A stretch of 64,000 bases of DNA from a virus. Taxonomy: Duplodnaviria; Caudoviricetes. The notes under the pieces were generated by a model, which saw only the letters and a program-made list of their open reading frames with translations, was not told the DNA's origin and made no database searches. The stretch lies in IMG/VR virus record IMGVR_UViG_3300032226_000829; one strand, given 5' to 3'. How positions within the stretch are numbered: the first letter of the stretch is position 1; each line of letters opens with the position of its first letter. The translations under genes were made by a program, and so were the position numbers. This document shows positions 48,020 to 58,623 of this stretch, piece by piece.

Positions 48020-50692
48020 ATGAGTTACATAGACGCATTCTTCGATAGAAATCAAGATTTTATTCGTGTGGTAGAACGCAAAGAAGGCAAAAGAATCTAC
48101 AAAGAATATCCCATTAGATACACATTCTTTTATGAAGATGCCAATGGCAAATTCAAAAGCATATATGGCAATTCTCTCAGCAGAATTGTCAGCAAGAGCA
48201 CCAAAGACTTTCATAAAGAATTAGCCATCAATAGAAACAAAAAATTATTTGAATCCGACATCAATCCCATATTTCAATGTCTCAGTGCCAACTACCTCAA
48301 TCACGATGCTCCCAAACTGAATGTGGCATTTTTTGATATAGAAGCAGACTTTGATCCTGAAAAAGGATTCGCTGATCCCTCAGATCCGTTCATGCCAGTC
48401 ACAGCTATCACTGTGTATCTGCAATGGATAGACAGCATGGTGACTTTTGCACTGATTCCTAAAACCTTAACACTTCAACAAGCCAAGGATCAGACCAAAG
48501 ACACAAAGAATTTATATCTGTATGAGCGTGAAGCAGACATGTTGCAGGCATTTTTAGACATAATAGAAGATGTGGATGTGTTGAGCGGTTGGAACTCAGA
48601 AGGTTATGACATGCCTTATCTAGTGAATAGAGTCAGCAAAGTATTGAGTAAAGATGACACTAGACGTTTTTGTTTATGGTCACAGATGCCTAAAAAAAGA
48701 ACATTTGAAAAGTATGGCAGAGAACAAGAAACTTATGATTTAATAGGCAGAGTACACATAGACAGTTTGGAACTGTATAGAAAATATACCTATGAAGAAC
48801 GCCACACATACAGACTGGATGCCATAGGAGAAATTGAATTGGGAGAAACAAAAACTGTGTATGAAGGCACGTTGGATCAACTGTACAACAATGACTTTAA
48901 AACTTTTATAGAATACAACAGACAAGACGTGCAACTGTTGAACAACTTGGATAAAAAACTTAAATTTTTAGATCTCAGCAATGAACTAGCTCATGCCAAC
49001 ACAGTGCTGATGCAAACTACTATGGGTGCTGTGGCAGTGACCGAACAAGCCATCATCAATGAAGCACACAAAAGAGGATTGCAGGTTCCCAATAGACCAC
49101 ACAGATCCGATGAAGAAAACACCACAGCAGCAGGTGCCTATGTGGCATTTCCCAAAAAAGGACTGCATGATTGGATAGGATCCATGGACTTGAATTCACT
49201 GTATCCAAGTGTGATCAGAGCTCTAAACATGGCTCCTGAATGTGTGGTGGGGCAATTGCGTAACACCTACACAGAATCATTTCTACAGGATCAAATAAAT
49301 CTACAAGGCAAATCATTTGCGGCAGCATGGGAGAATAAGTTTGGCAGTTTGGAGTATGAATATGTGATGACTCAAAGACGAGACATGCCTATCACAATAG
49401 ATTGGGAGAATGGTACCACAGAAGAAAAAAGTGGCGCAGAGATTTACAAGATGATATTTGACAGCCACAAGCCCATCATGATCAGTGCCAATGGCACCAT
49501 GTTTACCACAGAGTTTGAAGGTGTGATTCCTGGATTATTAAAAACATGGTATCAAGAAAGAACTGAGATGCAGGCCATGAAAAAGAAAGCACAAAGTGCC
49601 AGCAATCAAGCAGAGATAGAATTTTGGGACAAAAGACAATTGGTTAAAAAAATTAATTTGAACTCACTGTATGGTGCCATACTTAATCCAGGCTGTAGAT
49701 TCTTTGACAAACGCATAGGACAATCAACCACACTCACAGGTAGAACCATCAGCAAACACATGGCAGCAAAAATAAATGAAGTGATCACAGGCACATACGA
49801 TCATTTGGGAGATGCTGTGATATATGGTGATACAGACTCTGCTTATTTCAGTGCTTATAAAGTTTTAAAGAAAGACATTGATGCTGGATTGATTCCATGG
49901 ACCAAAGAGAGTGTGATCAAACTGTATGATCAAGTGGCTGAAGAAGTCAACAACAGTTTTAAAACATTCATGGGTGAAGCATTTCATTGTCCCAAAACAA
50001 GAGCAGAAGTGATTCAAGCAGGACGTGAATCCATCAGTGAAACAGGATTGTTTATCACTAAAAAAAGATATGCTGTGTTGATATATGAATTGGAAGGCGA
50101 TCGTATGGATGTGAATGGTAAACCAGGCAAGGTAAAAGCCATGGGATTGGATCTTAAACGTTCAGACACTCCGGTGTTTGTGCAGGATTTTTTAAGTGAA
50201 ATATTACTGATGGTGCTGACCAAATCAGACGAAAAAGCAGTATTGGAAAGAATCAGCACATTTAGAAATGAATTTAAATTGCGTCCAGGTTGGGAAAAAG
50301 GTTCTCCCAAACGTGCCAACAATGTGGCAGATTATCAAAGAAAAGAAAAAGCACAAGGCAAAGCCAACATGCCAGGACACGTGCGAGCTTCAATCAATTG
50401 GAACACATTAAAACGTATGAACAATGATCGTTACAGTTTGGAAATTGTGGATGGCATGAAAGTGATTGTGTGTAAACTCAGAAACAATCCTTTGGAGTAC
50501 ACCAGTGTGGCCTATCCCACAGATCAATTGAGAATACCTCAATGGTTTAAAGAATTACCTTTTGATCACTCAGCCATGGAAACCACAGTGATCGATAGTA
50601 AATTGGGCAACCTGTTGGGAGTGCTGGATTGGGATATTCAAAGCACAGAAACAGGCAACACATTCAACACATTATTTGACTTTGGAGATTAA
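48020..50692 (+). CDS. Family B DNA polymerase (T4 gp43-like) with proofreading domain
   Basis: FFDIEAD, GWNSEGYD, YNRQD, DLNSLYPS, KINLNSLYG, YGDTDS, KKRY. Confidence 0.97.
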   Translation: MSYIDAFFDRNQDFIRVVERKEGKRIYKEYPIRYTFFYEDANGKFKSIYGNSLSRIVSKSTKDFHKELAINRNKKLFESDINPIFQCLSANYLNHDAPKLNVAFFDIEADFDPEKGFADPSDPFMPVTAITVYLQWIDSMVTFALIPKTLTLQQAKDQTKDTKNLYLYEREADMLQAFLDIIEDVDVLSGWNSEGYDMPYLVNRVSKVLSKDDTRRFCLWSQMPKKRTFEKYGREQETYDLIGRVHIDSLELYRKYTYEERHTYRLDAIGEIELGETKTVYEGTLDQLYNNDFKTFIEYNRQDVQLLNNLDKKLKFLDLSNELAHANTVLMQTTMGAVAVTEQAIINEAHKRGLQVPNRPHRSDEENTTAAGAYVAFPKKGLHDWIGSMDLNSLYPSVIRALNMAPECVVGQLRNTYTESFLQDQINLQGKSFAAAWENKFGSLEYEYVMTQRRDMPITIDWENGTTEEKSGAEIYKMIFDSHKPIMISANGTMFTTEFEGVIPGLLKTWYQERTEMQAMKKKAQSASNQAEIEFWDKRQLVKKINLNSLYGAILNPGCRFFDKRIGQSTTLTGRTISKHMAAKINEVITGTYDHLGDAVIYGDTDSAYFSAYKVLKKDIDAGLIPWTKESVIKLYDQVAEEVNNSFKTFMGEAFHCPKTRAEVIQAGRESISETGLFITKKRYAVLIYELEGDRMDVNGKPGKVKAMGLDLKRSDTPVFVQDFLSEILLMVLTKSDEKAVLERISTFRNEFKLRPGWEKGSPKRANNVADYQRKEKAQGKANMPGHVRASINWNTLKRMNNDRYSLEIVDGMKVIVCKLRNNPLEYTSVAYPTDQLRIPQWFKELPFDHSAMETTVIDSKLGNLLGVLDWDIQSTETGNTFNTLFDFGD

Positions 50693-51232
50693 ATGGCAAG
50701 ATACGGCATGGTAGATTTGGAAACATTAGGCACAAGACCAGATGCTGCCATATTGACTGTGGGTGCTATCAAGTTTGATCCACATTCAGACTCAGAACCC
50801 TACGAAGGTAGATATTGGAGATTAAATGTGGATGAACAAACAGCATTGGGTAGAACAGTGGACGAAGGTACCATTGAATGGTGGGGCCGACAGGCACCTG
50901 AGATACGTGATGAGGCATTGGGAGACACAGATCGTGTGATCATAGCAGACTTTGCCAAAGAATTCAACAAATGGTGTGTGGGATTGGATCAGCTGTGGTG
51001 TCAAGGTCCATTGTTTGATTATGCCATCATACAAAATTTATATGACCAAGCTCGCACTCCTGTGCCTTTCAACTATTGGCAAATCAGAGACAGTCGCACA
51101 CTGTTTGATTTGATGCCACAGGATCCTAGAAAGAGCATGCAGAGCAGTCTACACAACGCATTGGCTGATTGTTACTATCAAGCCAAATGTGTGCAACAAG
51201 TTTTTAAACATTTAGGAGTAAAGAAAAAATGA
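50693..51232 (+). CDS. DEDDh 3'-5' exonuclease (DexA/Rv2179c-like)
   Basis: MVDLETLG...FDY...HNALAD. Confidence 0.85.
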   Translation: MARYGMVDLETLGTRPDAAILTVGAIKFDPHSDSEPYEGRYWRLNVDEQTALGRTVDEGTIEWWGRQAPEIRDEALGDTDRVIIADFAKEFNKWCVGLDQLWCQGPLFDYAIIQNLYDQARTPVPFNYWQIRDSRTLFDLMPQDPRKSMQSSLHNALADCYYQAKCVQQVFKHLGVKKK

Positions 51233-51960
51233 AAATATTATTGACAGGACATCTAGGGTTTATAGGCAGTGCTTTGTACAATGAACTGATCAAAGAACAC
51301 ACAGTGATAGGCATAGACATCAAAGATGGCAAAGATTTATTAACTTGTGATTTGAATTACACAGTGGATCTTGTGATACATTTGGCAGGAATAGCTTCTG
51401 TAAGAGATAGTCTTAAAGATCCTTTAAAATACTGGCATAATAATGTGTTGGCCAGTCAAAAAGTATTTGATTCATTTAAAGACACAAGAATTATATATGC
51501 TAGTTCCAGTTCAGCTGTTGAACCATCATTAAATCCTTATGGATTTAGTAAATTTGCTCTTGAAAAAATTGCACCAAAAAACAGTTTGGGTTTAAGATTT
51601 ACCACTGTGTGGGCTGAAGATGGCCGCTCAGATATGTTTATGTCAAAATTATTTAAAAATAATATTCAATACATCACTAACCATCATAGAGATTTTGTAC
51701 ATGTGTCTGACATAATATCAGCAATTAAATTATTAATGAACAAAGACATCACAGGAGTAATGGATGTAGGTACCGGAATCAGCAACAGTTTAAAAATTTT
51801 GGTTGATTTAGCAGGCATCAAGAATTATGAATCCGAATTAGGTGACGTATATGAAAGAATGGACAATTGTGCCGATATCAAAGAATTAAGAGATTTAGGT
51901 TGGGAACCAAAAGTTAACGTGATTAATTACATAAAAAACAAATATCACTTGACTTCTTAG
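51229..51960 (+). CDS. NAD-dependent epimerase/dehydratase (extended SDR)
   Basis: TGHLGFIG, HLAG, YASSSS, YGFSK, RDFVHVSD. Confidence 0.9.
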   Translation: MKILLTGHLGFIGSALYNELIKEHTVIGIDIKDGKDLLTCDLNYTVDLVIHLAGIASVRDSLKDPLKYWHNNVLASQKVFDSFKDTRIIYASSSSAVEPSLNPYGFSKFALEKIAPKNSLGLRFTTVWAEDGRSDMFMSKLFKNNIQYITNHHRDFVHVSDIISAIKLLMNKDITGVMDVGTGISNSLKILVDLAGIKNYESELGDVYERMDNCADIKELRDLGWEPKVNVINYIKNKYHLTS

Positions 51961-51977
51961 CCAGGCCTAAATATAAT
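51949..51977 (+). promoter_or_regulatory. Sigma70-type promoter
   Basis: TTGACT-N17-TATAAT. Confidence 0.7.
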
Positions 51978-52001
51978 GCATATAACACAACGGAGAACAA
52001 A

Positions 52002-52730
52002 ATGAAAGACATCTTACAAGACGTGGTAGCACACACTCATCAACTGGGGTTTTTGAGTCTAGTGAAAGTTACCAATGAAGAACAAACTAAAATTGAAAGC
52101 ATGGCTGAAGACAGATCAGTTATTCTTTCAGCAACAACCAATAACAAAGTGATGGAATTCACAGGCACATTTGGTATGCCTAACTTGGACAAACTATCAT
52201 TACATTTGAAATGTCCTGAGTATCAAAAAGATGCCAAATTAAATGTGGTCAAAGCCACACGCAATGGCGTGGAAATTCCCACACACATTCACTTTGAAAA
52301 TGCATCAGGTGATTTCCAAAATGATTACAGATTTATGAACACTGAGATTATCAATGAAAAATTGAAATCAATCAAATTCAAAGGTACATCTTGGAACATC
52401 GAGTTTGAACCAGCTCTTGCTAGTATTCAAAGATTAAAATTGCAAGCGGCAGCACACACAGAAGAAACTGTGTTCACAGTTAAAACTGAAAATAAAAATT
52501 TAATGTTTTACTTTGGTGATGCAAACTCTCATGCAGGAAGTTTTACTTTTCAAGCCAATGTGGCGGGTGAATTAAAACAAGGTTGGAGTTGGCCTATTCA
52601 ACAAGTGATTAGTATATTAAATCTTGATGGCAAAATCAAAATGAAGATTAGTGATCAAGGTGCTATGCAAATTTCTGTGGATAGCGGTATTGCTGAATAC
52701 AATTACATATTGCCAGCACAGACCAAATAA
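52002..52730 (+). CDS. Probable DNA sliding clamp (gp45/PCNA-like)
   Basis: 242 aa, two-fold alpha/beta pattern, C-terminal YNYILPA; near polB, with a clamp loader in the window. Confidence 0.55.
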   Translation: MKDILQDVVAHTHQLGFLSLVKVTNEEQTKIESMAEDRSVILSATTNNKVMEFTGTFGMPNLDKLSLHLKCPEYQKDAKLNVVKATRNGVEIPTHIHFENASGDFQNDYRFMNTEIINEKLKSIKFKGTSWNIEFEPALASIQRLKLQAAAHTEETVFTVKTENKNLMFYFGDANSHAGSFTFQANVAGELKQGWSWPIQQVISILNLDGKIKMKISDQGAMQISVDSGIAEYNYILPAQTK

Positions 52731-52756
52731 ATTAAGGCAAGTAAAATAGTAAAATT

Positions 52757-54220
52757 ATGCACACTGACTTAACAGCACAGCAAAAAGACTATGCAGTGTT
52801 TCTGCCGGCGTTGAGCAGTTTCTATGCAAGAGATTTGGGCAAGGCCAGACATGAGAAGGATTATATCCTGCCTCACAGAATTCCGGCTGCTTTTAATCAT
52901 GGCATAGAAGGCATGAATTATCTTGTGCCCACCAACACATATTTTCATTACAGATGGCATTTGTACAGTGCAGGTCATGCTGACTTGAACATGGACAAAT
53001 TTAGTGCCAGAGATGACATCATAAGAAATCGAGATAGAAAAACCAGTTTTGTACTGGGTGATTCAGGAGGGTTTCAGATTGGTAAAGGAGTATGGGAAGG
53101 CAATTGGAAAGATCCCACTTGTCCTCGAGCCAAGAAGAAGCGAGAACAGGTGCTCACTTGGATGGATGCCAACATGGATTATGGTATGATATTGGATATT
53201 CCAGCATGGGTTTCACGTTCTCCAGAAGGTGCCAAAGCCAGCAATATCAACTCCTATCAGGAAGCAGTGGATGGCACAAGAATCAATAATGATTACTTCA
53301 TGAAGACTAGAACAGGTGCTTGTAAGTTTTTAAATGTGCTGCAAGGTGAAAACTTTCAACAAGCAGATGATTGGTATCAGCAGATGAAAGATTACTGCGA
53401 TCCTAAAAAATATCCCACAACTCACTTTAATGGTTGGGCAATGGGTGGTCAGAACATGTGTGATGTGCATCTTATATTGAAAAGATTAGTGGCATTAAGA
53501 TTTGATGGTTTATTAGAAAAAGGCATTCATGATTGGATGCATTTTTTAGGCACATCCAAACTGGAATGGGCAGTGCTATTGACAGACATCCAAAGAGCAG
53601 TAAGAAAATATCACAATCCAAACTTTACTGTGTCATTTGATTGTGCTTCACCTTTCTTAGCATCAGCCAATGGACAAATTTACACAGAAGTGGATGTCAG
53701 AGACAAACAAAAATGGTCATATAGAATGGCTGCCAGCATAGATGATAAAAAATATGCCGGTGACACCAGAGCATTTAGAGATGCTGTGTTACAAGAAAAG
53801 ATATTTGACAATTTTCAAGACAGTCCTATCAGTAAAAGATTACAGTTGAAAGATGTCACTTGTTATGCTCCAGGAGATAAAAACAAAGTGGGCGGTGATC
53901 CCAAAACATCTTGGGATTCATTCAGTTATACCTTACAAATGGCACACAATGTTTGGACACACATCAATGCTGTGCAAGAAGCCAACAGACAGTATGATGC
54001 AGGATTAACTCCACGCATGTTGGTGGAAGAAAAGTTTGATAAAGTGGCATTCAAAGACATAGTGGAAGCAATATTTGCCACAGACAACAGAGACACAGCA
54101 GAAGCAGTGATTGAGGAATACAGCAGATTTTGGATGAGTATCATAGGTACCAGAGGCGCCACAGGCAAAAAAACAGTGAATGCTTCAACACAGTTTTCTA
54201 ACTTATTTGAGGAGGTATAA
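52757..54220 (+). CDS. dpdA: TGT-fold base-exchange enzyme, DpdA-like DNA 7-deazaguanine transglycosylase
   Basis: GDSGGFQ, MILDIP, VLQG, AMGG, HFLG, SFDC, AHN: the TGT catalytic and substrate motifs. Confidence 0.75.
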   Translation: MHTDLTAQQKDYAVFLPALSSFYARDLGKARHEKDYILPHRIPAAFNHGIEGMNYLVPTNTYFHYRWHLYSAGHADLNMDKFSARDDIIRNRDRKTSFVLGDSGGFQIGKGVWEGNWKDPTCPRAKKKREQVLTWMDANMDYGMILDIPAWVSRSPEGAKASNINSYQEAVDGTRINNDYFMKTRTGACKFLNVLQGENFQQADDWYQQMKDYCDPKKYPTTHFNGWAMGGQNMCDVHLILKRLVALRFDGLLEKGIHDWMHFLGTSKLEWAVLLTDIQRAVRKYHNPNFTVSFDCASPFLASANGQIYTEVDVRDKQKWSYRMAASIDDKKYAGDTRAFRDAVLQEKIFDNFQDSPISKRLQLKDVTCYAPGDKNKVGGDPKTSWDSFSYTLQMAHNVWTHINAVQEANRQYDAGLTPRMLVEEKFDKVAFKDIVEAIFATDNRDTAEAVIEEYSRFWMSIIGTRGATGKKTVNASTQFSNLFEEV

Positions 54221-54221
54221 T

Positions 54222-54416
54222 ATGAGTAAGAAAAATAAAAGTTTAAAGAAATTAGAACATGAGTTTGATTACTATCATAGAAAAACTGAAGAAATGGAAC
54301 AAGAGCGAGAACATGATAGAAGTTGGGAGAGTAAAGCATTATTAAAGAATTATAAGAAAATTAAACTGGCAATCAAAACACAGATAGAAGAATACAGAAA
54401 ACAATTAAAAGCATGA
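54222..54416 (+). CDS. Small coiled-coil protein (DUF465-like)
   Basis: GGAGG RBS; LKNYKKIKLAIK. Confidence 0.55.
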   Translation: MSKKNKSLKKLEHEFDYYHRKTEEMEQEREHDRSWESKALLKNYKKIKLAIKTQIEEYRKQLKA

Positions 54417-55300
54417 AAACATTGGTTATAGGATTGGGTATTGGACAATTGTATGTTAGAGTCTTAACACAGTTGGGTCATACAGTATTCACAGTGGATC
54501 CTGATCAAAACAAACAAGCCACATTCACAAATTTAAAAACAGCTCTATTGGCTCATCCCAAATTGGATGCAGTGTTCATATGCACTCCTAATTATACACA
54601 TGATTCAATAGCTCAAACAGTTGCACCACACAGTAGAGTGGTATTTGTAGAAAAACCAGGAGTGCTTAATTCTAAAAGATGGCAGAGTCTTCAACTCACA
54701 TATCCAAACGCTAAATTTATCATGATGAAAAACAATATGTGGCGCACAGTGGAAGAAGAAATGCGTATTAGAATAGATGATGCTGAAGAAATACATATTA
54801 ATTGGATCAATCGTAATAGAGTGCCTGCACCAGGCAGTTGGTTTACCACTAAAAAATTATCATTTGGTGGAGTCAGCAGAGATCTTATGCCACATTTATT
54901 GAGTATGTTCATCTGGTTGAATCCTGATACATATTCTCAATATCAAATAGTTTCTTCCAATCGTAAACAAAATTGGAAATTAAGTGATCTTACTGATACA
55001 GAATATGGTGCAGTAAATTTAGATGGCACATATGATGTGGATGATTGGGCTGAAATGGTGTTCAATAACGGTAAAAAAACATTCAAACTTACTGCTGATT
55101 GGCGCAGTATGGACAAAGATGACAGAGCACTGCACTGTTATAAAAGAGAAAAATTAATTAAAAGTTTTGAACTAGGATTATGTCCTGAATCAGCTTATGC
55201 TGCAATGATTCAAGATGTTTTCAATAATATTAACCATGAAGAGTTTTGGAATCAACACAAGCAGTATGATGTGTGGATTCATAATTTAATCAATGACTGA
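54413..55300 (+). CDS. Gfo/Idh/MocA family oxidoreductase
   Basis: VIGLGIG, FICTPNYTH, VEKPG, GGVSRDLMPH. Confidence 0.88.
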   Translation: MKTLVIGLGIGQLYVRVLTQLGHTVFTVDPDQNKQATFTNLKTALLAHPKLDAVFICTPNYTHDSIAQTVAPHSRVVFVEKPGVLNSKRWQSLQLTYPNAKFIMMKNNMWRTVEEEMRIRIDDAEEIHINWINRNRVPAPGSWFTTKKLSFGGVSRDLMPHLLSMFIWLNPDTYSQYQIVSSNRKQNWKLSDLTDTEYGAVNLDGTYDVDDWAEMVFNNGKKTFKLTADWRSMDKDDRALHCYKREKLIKSFELGLCPESAYAAMIQDVFNNINHEEFWNQHKQYDVWIHNLIND

Positions 55301-56201
55301 AACTAAACTGTTATACACCAAAGGAGATGGCATGTTTCATGAAGGAACCATTGACATTCCTGCAGTGAAAGATAATCAGATTCAAGTAAAAAATATCATG
55401 ACAGGAGTATGTCGCAGTGATGTGGACATGATGTTGGGCAAATTCAAAACATTACCATTAAACATGCAAGGTCATGAAGGATTGGCTCAGGTCACACAAG
55501 TGGGTGCTCATGTGCGAGATGTTCAGGTGGGAGATCATGTGGCTACCAGAGGTGAACCTGCTTATGCTGATATTTACAATTGTGATTTTGAAACTTATGT
55601 TAAAGTTCCCACAGCAGATCCCAAATACATTGTGGAACCTGTGGCATGTGGCATTAATGTGATCAAACAATTTGAAACTGCCATTGCTCACAAAGCCAAC
55701 TACAACAGTAGACTGCTGCTGATAGGCAGTGGATTTTTATCCTATGTGGTTTACACCTATCTAAAAATAAAAAATTATCATTTTGATATCACTGTGTTGG
55801 GCAATCATAACAAACAGTTTTGGGGAGATAAACTCACTCACAATGCTGAAGGCGTGTTTGATGTTATTATAGATTTGAACAACAGATCAGAGGTGTTTGA
55901 CAAGAACATGTTTAACACTGAAGCATTGTTGATACTGGCTGCTGAAAAAACAGAATCCATTCGCACTAATTTTGCTGATTTATTATGGAATGCTGTAACA
56001 GTAGGCTTTCCTAGTCCTAGAAATAAAAAATTTATAGAGTGCATGCGTGAAGCAGTGGAATTAATCTCTGCAGGCAAACTGGATGTGTCTAATTTTTGGA
56101 CCAAAGGTTACAGCAGAAGCACAGAGTGGAACAATGCATTTGCAGATGCTACAAATAGAAAAAATGGCTATGCCAGAGGTTATATAGATTGGAGAAAATA
56201 A
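55293..56201 (+). CDS. Zn-dependent medium-chain dehydrogenase (MDR)
   Basis: GVCRSD, GHEG...VG..V...VGDHV, VEPVAC, LIGSG; lacks the structural-Zn lobe. Confidence 0.85.
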   Translation: MTETKLLYTKGDGMFHEGTIDIPAVKDNQIQVKNIMTGVCRSDVDMMLGKFKTLPLNMQGHEGLAQVTQVGAHVRDVQVGDHVATRGEPAYADIYNCDFETYVKVPTADPKYIVEPVACGINVIKQFETAIAHKANYNSRLLLIGSGFLSYVVYTYLKIKNYHFDITVLGNHNKQFWGDKLTHNAEGVFDVIIDLNNRSEVFDKNMFNTEALLILAAEKTESIRTNFADLLWNAVTVGFPSPRNKKFIECMREAVELISAGKLDVSNFWTKGYSRSTEWNNAFADATNRKNGYARGYIDWRK

Positions 56202-56722
56202 TGTTGGACACACAATCAAGAAAAAAAGTAAAATTTTTTATAGGCAAAGAAGTGGAGAACACTGCTATGAAAGATCAAACCACACTGTTTGTGGTGGGTG
56301 TACAAAACGTGGTGAATATTATAAAGTACATCATGCAAACTGATGTGGAACATGTGTATCTAGGAACCAGTCAAAGTTTTACTCCCAACTCCAAAGAAGA
56401 ATGGCAGGATTGGAATAATTTGATCAATAAATTATTGGAAGGTGGTTATTGGGTTACATTGGATTATGATGTGCAATATGCTGAAGAAGTCAGCAAAATG
56501 AACTGGCATCTAAACAATCACTTTATCAATATGATATCTGTCAAAATACCCAATATCAAAGTATTCAATGCCAACACAGTGATCAAATTGGATGATGTCA
56601 CTTGGGGTGCTACCAATACAGGAGTTTGGACACATGATTTGGAAAAATTAATGACCAAAAAAACCTATACAGATTGGAGTGAATACAAAGGAGATCACCC
56701 TATAGACATTGACAGTGATTAA
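56201..56722 (+). CDS. Hypothetical protein inside the modification cluster
   Basis: FFIGKEVE...HVYLG...VTLD...KLDD....TNTGVW. Confidence 0.7.
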   Translation: MLDTQSRKKVKFFIGKEVENTAMKDQTTLFVVGVQNVVNIIKYIMQTDVEHVYLGTSQSFTPNSKEEWQDWNNLINKLLEGGYWVTLDYDVQYAEEVSKMNWHLNNHFINMISVKIPNIKVFNANTVIKLDDVTWGATNTGVWTHDLEKLMTKKTYTDWSEYKGDHPIDIDSD

Positions 56723-56750
56723 AAAAGTTGTTATACTATAAACCTAAATA
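56709..56750 (+). promoter_or_regulatory. Tandem sigma70 and late promoters before dpdL
   Basis: TTGACA-N17-TATACT followed by CTAAATA. Confidence 0.6.
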
Positions 56751-56759
56751 CTGAAACAC

Positions 56760-57161
56760 ATGAGCAATTTAAAATCTAAAATTTGGGTTACATTTCGCAG
56801 AGAAGGCATACACAAGTATCCTGCAGCATTAACAGATCCAAAATTAAAAACTGGTGATGAATATGATGTGAGTTTTTTGGGTTATCCTCACAGACACATA
56901 TTTCATTTTAAGGTGGCTATTGAAGTGTTTCATGATGATAGAGACATTGAGTTTATACAGTTTAAAAGATGGTTGGAAAACTTGTATGGCAAAGGCACAT
57001 TAGAGTTGGATTATAAAAGTTGTGAAATGATTGGCGCTGATCTTTATCAACAGATCAATTCAAGATATCCCAATAGAGAAGTCACAATAGACGTGAGCGA
57101 AGATGGTGAGAACGGTGCCACAATGACTTGGGCAGCCAATTCATCCATAACAATCAACTAG
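56760..57161 (+). CDS. dpdL: QueD-paralogous T-fold protein, DpdL-like (CDG decarboxylase)
   Basis: EGIHKYP, LGYPHRHIF (LxxxHRHxF in place of QueD CxxxHGH), DRDIEF, SCE, VSEDGENG. Confidence 0.7.
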   Translation: MSNLKSKIWVTFRREGIHKYPAALTDPKLKTGDEYDVSFLGYPHRHIFHFKVAIEVFHDDRDIEFIQFKRWLENLYGKGTLELDYKSCEMIGADLYQQINSRYPNREVTIDVSEDGENGATMTWAANSSITIN

Positions 57162-57169
57162 GGCGGGCC

Positions 57170-58261
57170 ATGAAGATTTACATTGTGGATCTAGAAGAAG
57201 TAGAAACTAGATATACCAAACAATGGAAAAAATATCTACCCATTCAATTAAAAAGACACACCAATAATGAAATCCAAGTGATCAGCGGAGGAAATGCTGT
57301 GAAAAGTACCACCCCGGGTGCTTTTTTAAACTTTGGATTCACCAACATGTACAAGAGCAGACAATTGGAACAGATTGCTGAAATGTTCTGCAATGGAGAT
57401 ATCAAAGATGGTGATTATTTCTTATACACTGATGCTTGGAATCCCACAGTGCTGCAACTCAAGTACATGGCAGAATTATTAAATGTAAAAATTAAAATAG
57501 GTGGCATGTGGCACGCAGGATCATATGATCCACAAGACTTTTTGGGCAGACTGATAGGTGATAAACCTTGGGTGCGTCTGGCTGAACGCAGCATGTTTGA
57601 ATCATTTGATCACAATTACTTTGCCACTGATTTTCATATTGATATGTTCTTACACAATTTGATGGATCTGGGCAGACTGGCTGACAAAGAAACTGTGGAT
57701 CAAATGTTTCACACAGGCAAAATAGTGAGATCGGGATGGCCCATGGAATATTTGGATGCTGACTTGACTGGTTATAAAAACATTGAAAAAAAGAATATTA
57801 TTCTTTTCCCGCATAGATTGGCTCCGGAAAAACAACACAACATATTTCAAGATTTGGCAAAAGAAATGCCACAGTATGAATTTGTCACTTGTTTGGATCG
57901 TTGCCAGTCAAAAAATGACTATCACAATCTTTTAGCAGAAGCCAAATTGATTTTCAGTGCTAATTTACAAGAAACATTAGGAATCAGTTGGTATGAAGGT
58001 GCAGTATTAGGAGTTATTCCAATGATTCCTGATCGTTTAAGTTACAAAGAAATGGCTCAAGAAGAATTCAAATATCCTTCAGAATGGACAGAATCTTTTG
58101 AGCTGTATAAGAAACACAAAGATTTGTTAAAAGCAAGAATAGATGACTATATGATCAACTACAAAAAGTATGCTCCATTGGTACACAAACAAAAAATATC
58201 ATTGGCTGAAAACTTTTTTAGTGGCAAACAACTTTACCAAAGGATTACAAATGGAAAATAA
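57170..58261 (+). CDS. GT-B (GT4-like, retaining) glycosyltransferase
   Basis: FPHRLAPEK and ETLGISWYE (E-x7-E); HAGSYD. Confidence 0.85.
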   Translation: MKIYIVDLEEVETRYTKQWKKYLPIQLKRHTNNEIQVISGGNAVKSTTPGAFLNFGFTNMYKSRQLEQIAEMFCNGDIKDGDYFLYTDAWNPTVLQLKYMAELLNVKIKIGGMWHAGSYDPQDFLGRLIGDKPWVRLAERSMFESFDHNYFATDFHIDMFLHNLMDLGRLADKETVDQMFHTGKIVRSGWPMEYLDADLTGYKNIEKKNIILFPHRLAPEKQHNIFQDLAKEMPQYEFVTCLDRCQSKNDYHNLLAEAKLIFSANLQETLGISWYEGAVLGVIPMIPDRLSYKEMAQEEFKYPSEWTESFELYKKHKDLLKARIDDYMINYKKYAPLVHKQKISLAENFFSGKQLYQRITNGK

Positions 58262-58622
58262 AACTTTAGAACAAAATCAACCAGACAGCACAACGTATAA
58301 AGTAGATATAAACTATCAAGCAAATGTGGGCACAAATAACATTGTGGCCAGCACAGTGAGCGTGCCATATGGATTTGGTGGATCAGGCAATGGTGTTACT
58401 ACCACAGGCATAGATTTTGAAGCAGATGCAATGAAAGGTATAAACTTTGAGGATTACAAACTGCCTATTATGTTTGAGGATATCATGCCTGAAATGCACA
58501 AAATAAAAGAAATGTGTGAGTTGTATCCGTCATTGGATATTGCTTTTCAAAAATTTAAAAATGTTTACAATATTGTGATAGATGATTATGACAATAAAAT
58601 GCAACTGAAAATGCCTTTTTAA
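58251..58622 (+). CDS. Hypothetical protein
   Basis: C-terminal MCELYPSLDIAFQKFKNVY. Confidence 0.6.
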   Translation: MENKTLEQNQPDSTTYKVDINYQANVGTNNIVASTVSVPYGFGGSGNGVTTTGIDFEADAMKGINFEDYKLPIMFEDIMPEMHKIKEMCELYPSLDIAFQKFKNVYNIVIDDYDNKMQLKMPF

Positions 58623-58623
58623 T

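Noticed and set aside
48020-50692. Intein or intron in the DNA polymerase
   Set aside because: The length is ordinary, the motifs are colinear, and no splicing or homing-endonuclease signatures were seen.
52757-54220. Ordinary tRNA-modifying Tgt for queuosine
   Set aside because: It is longer and divergent, lacks the CxCxxC zinc site, sits beside replication genes and dpdL, and no queC/queF/queA or tRNA genes are in the window. Not fully excluded.
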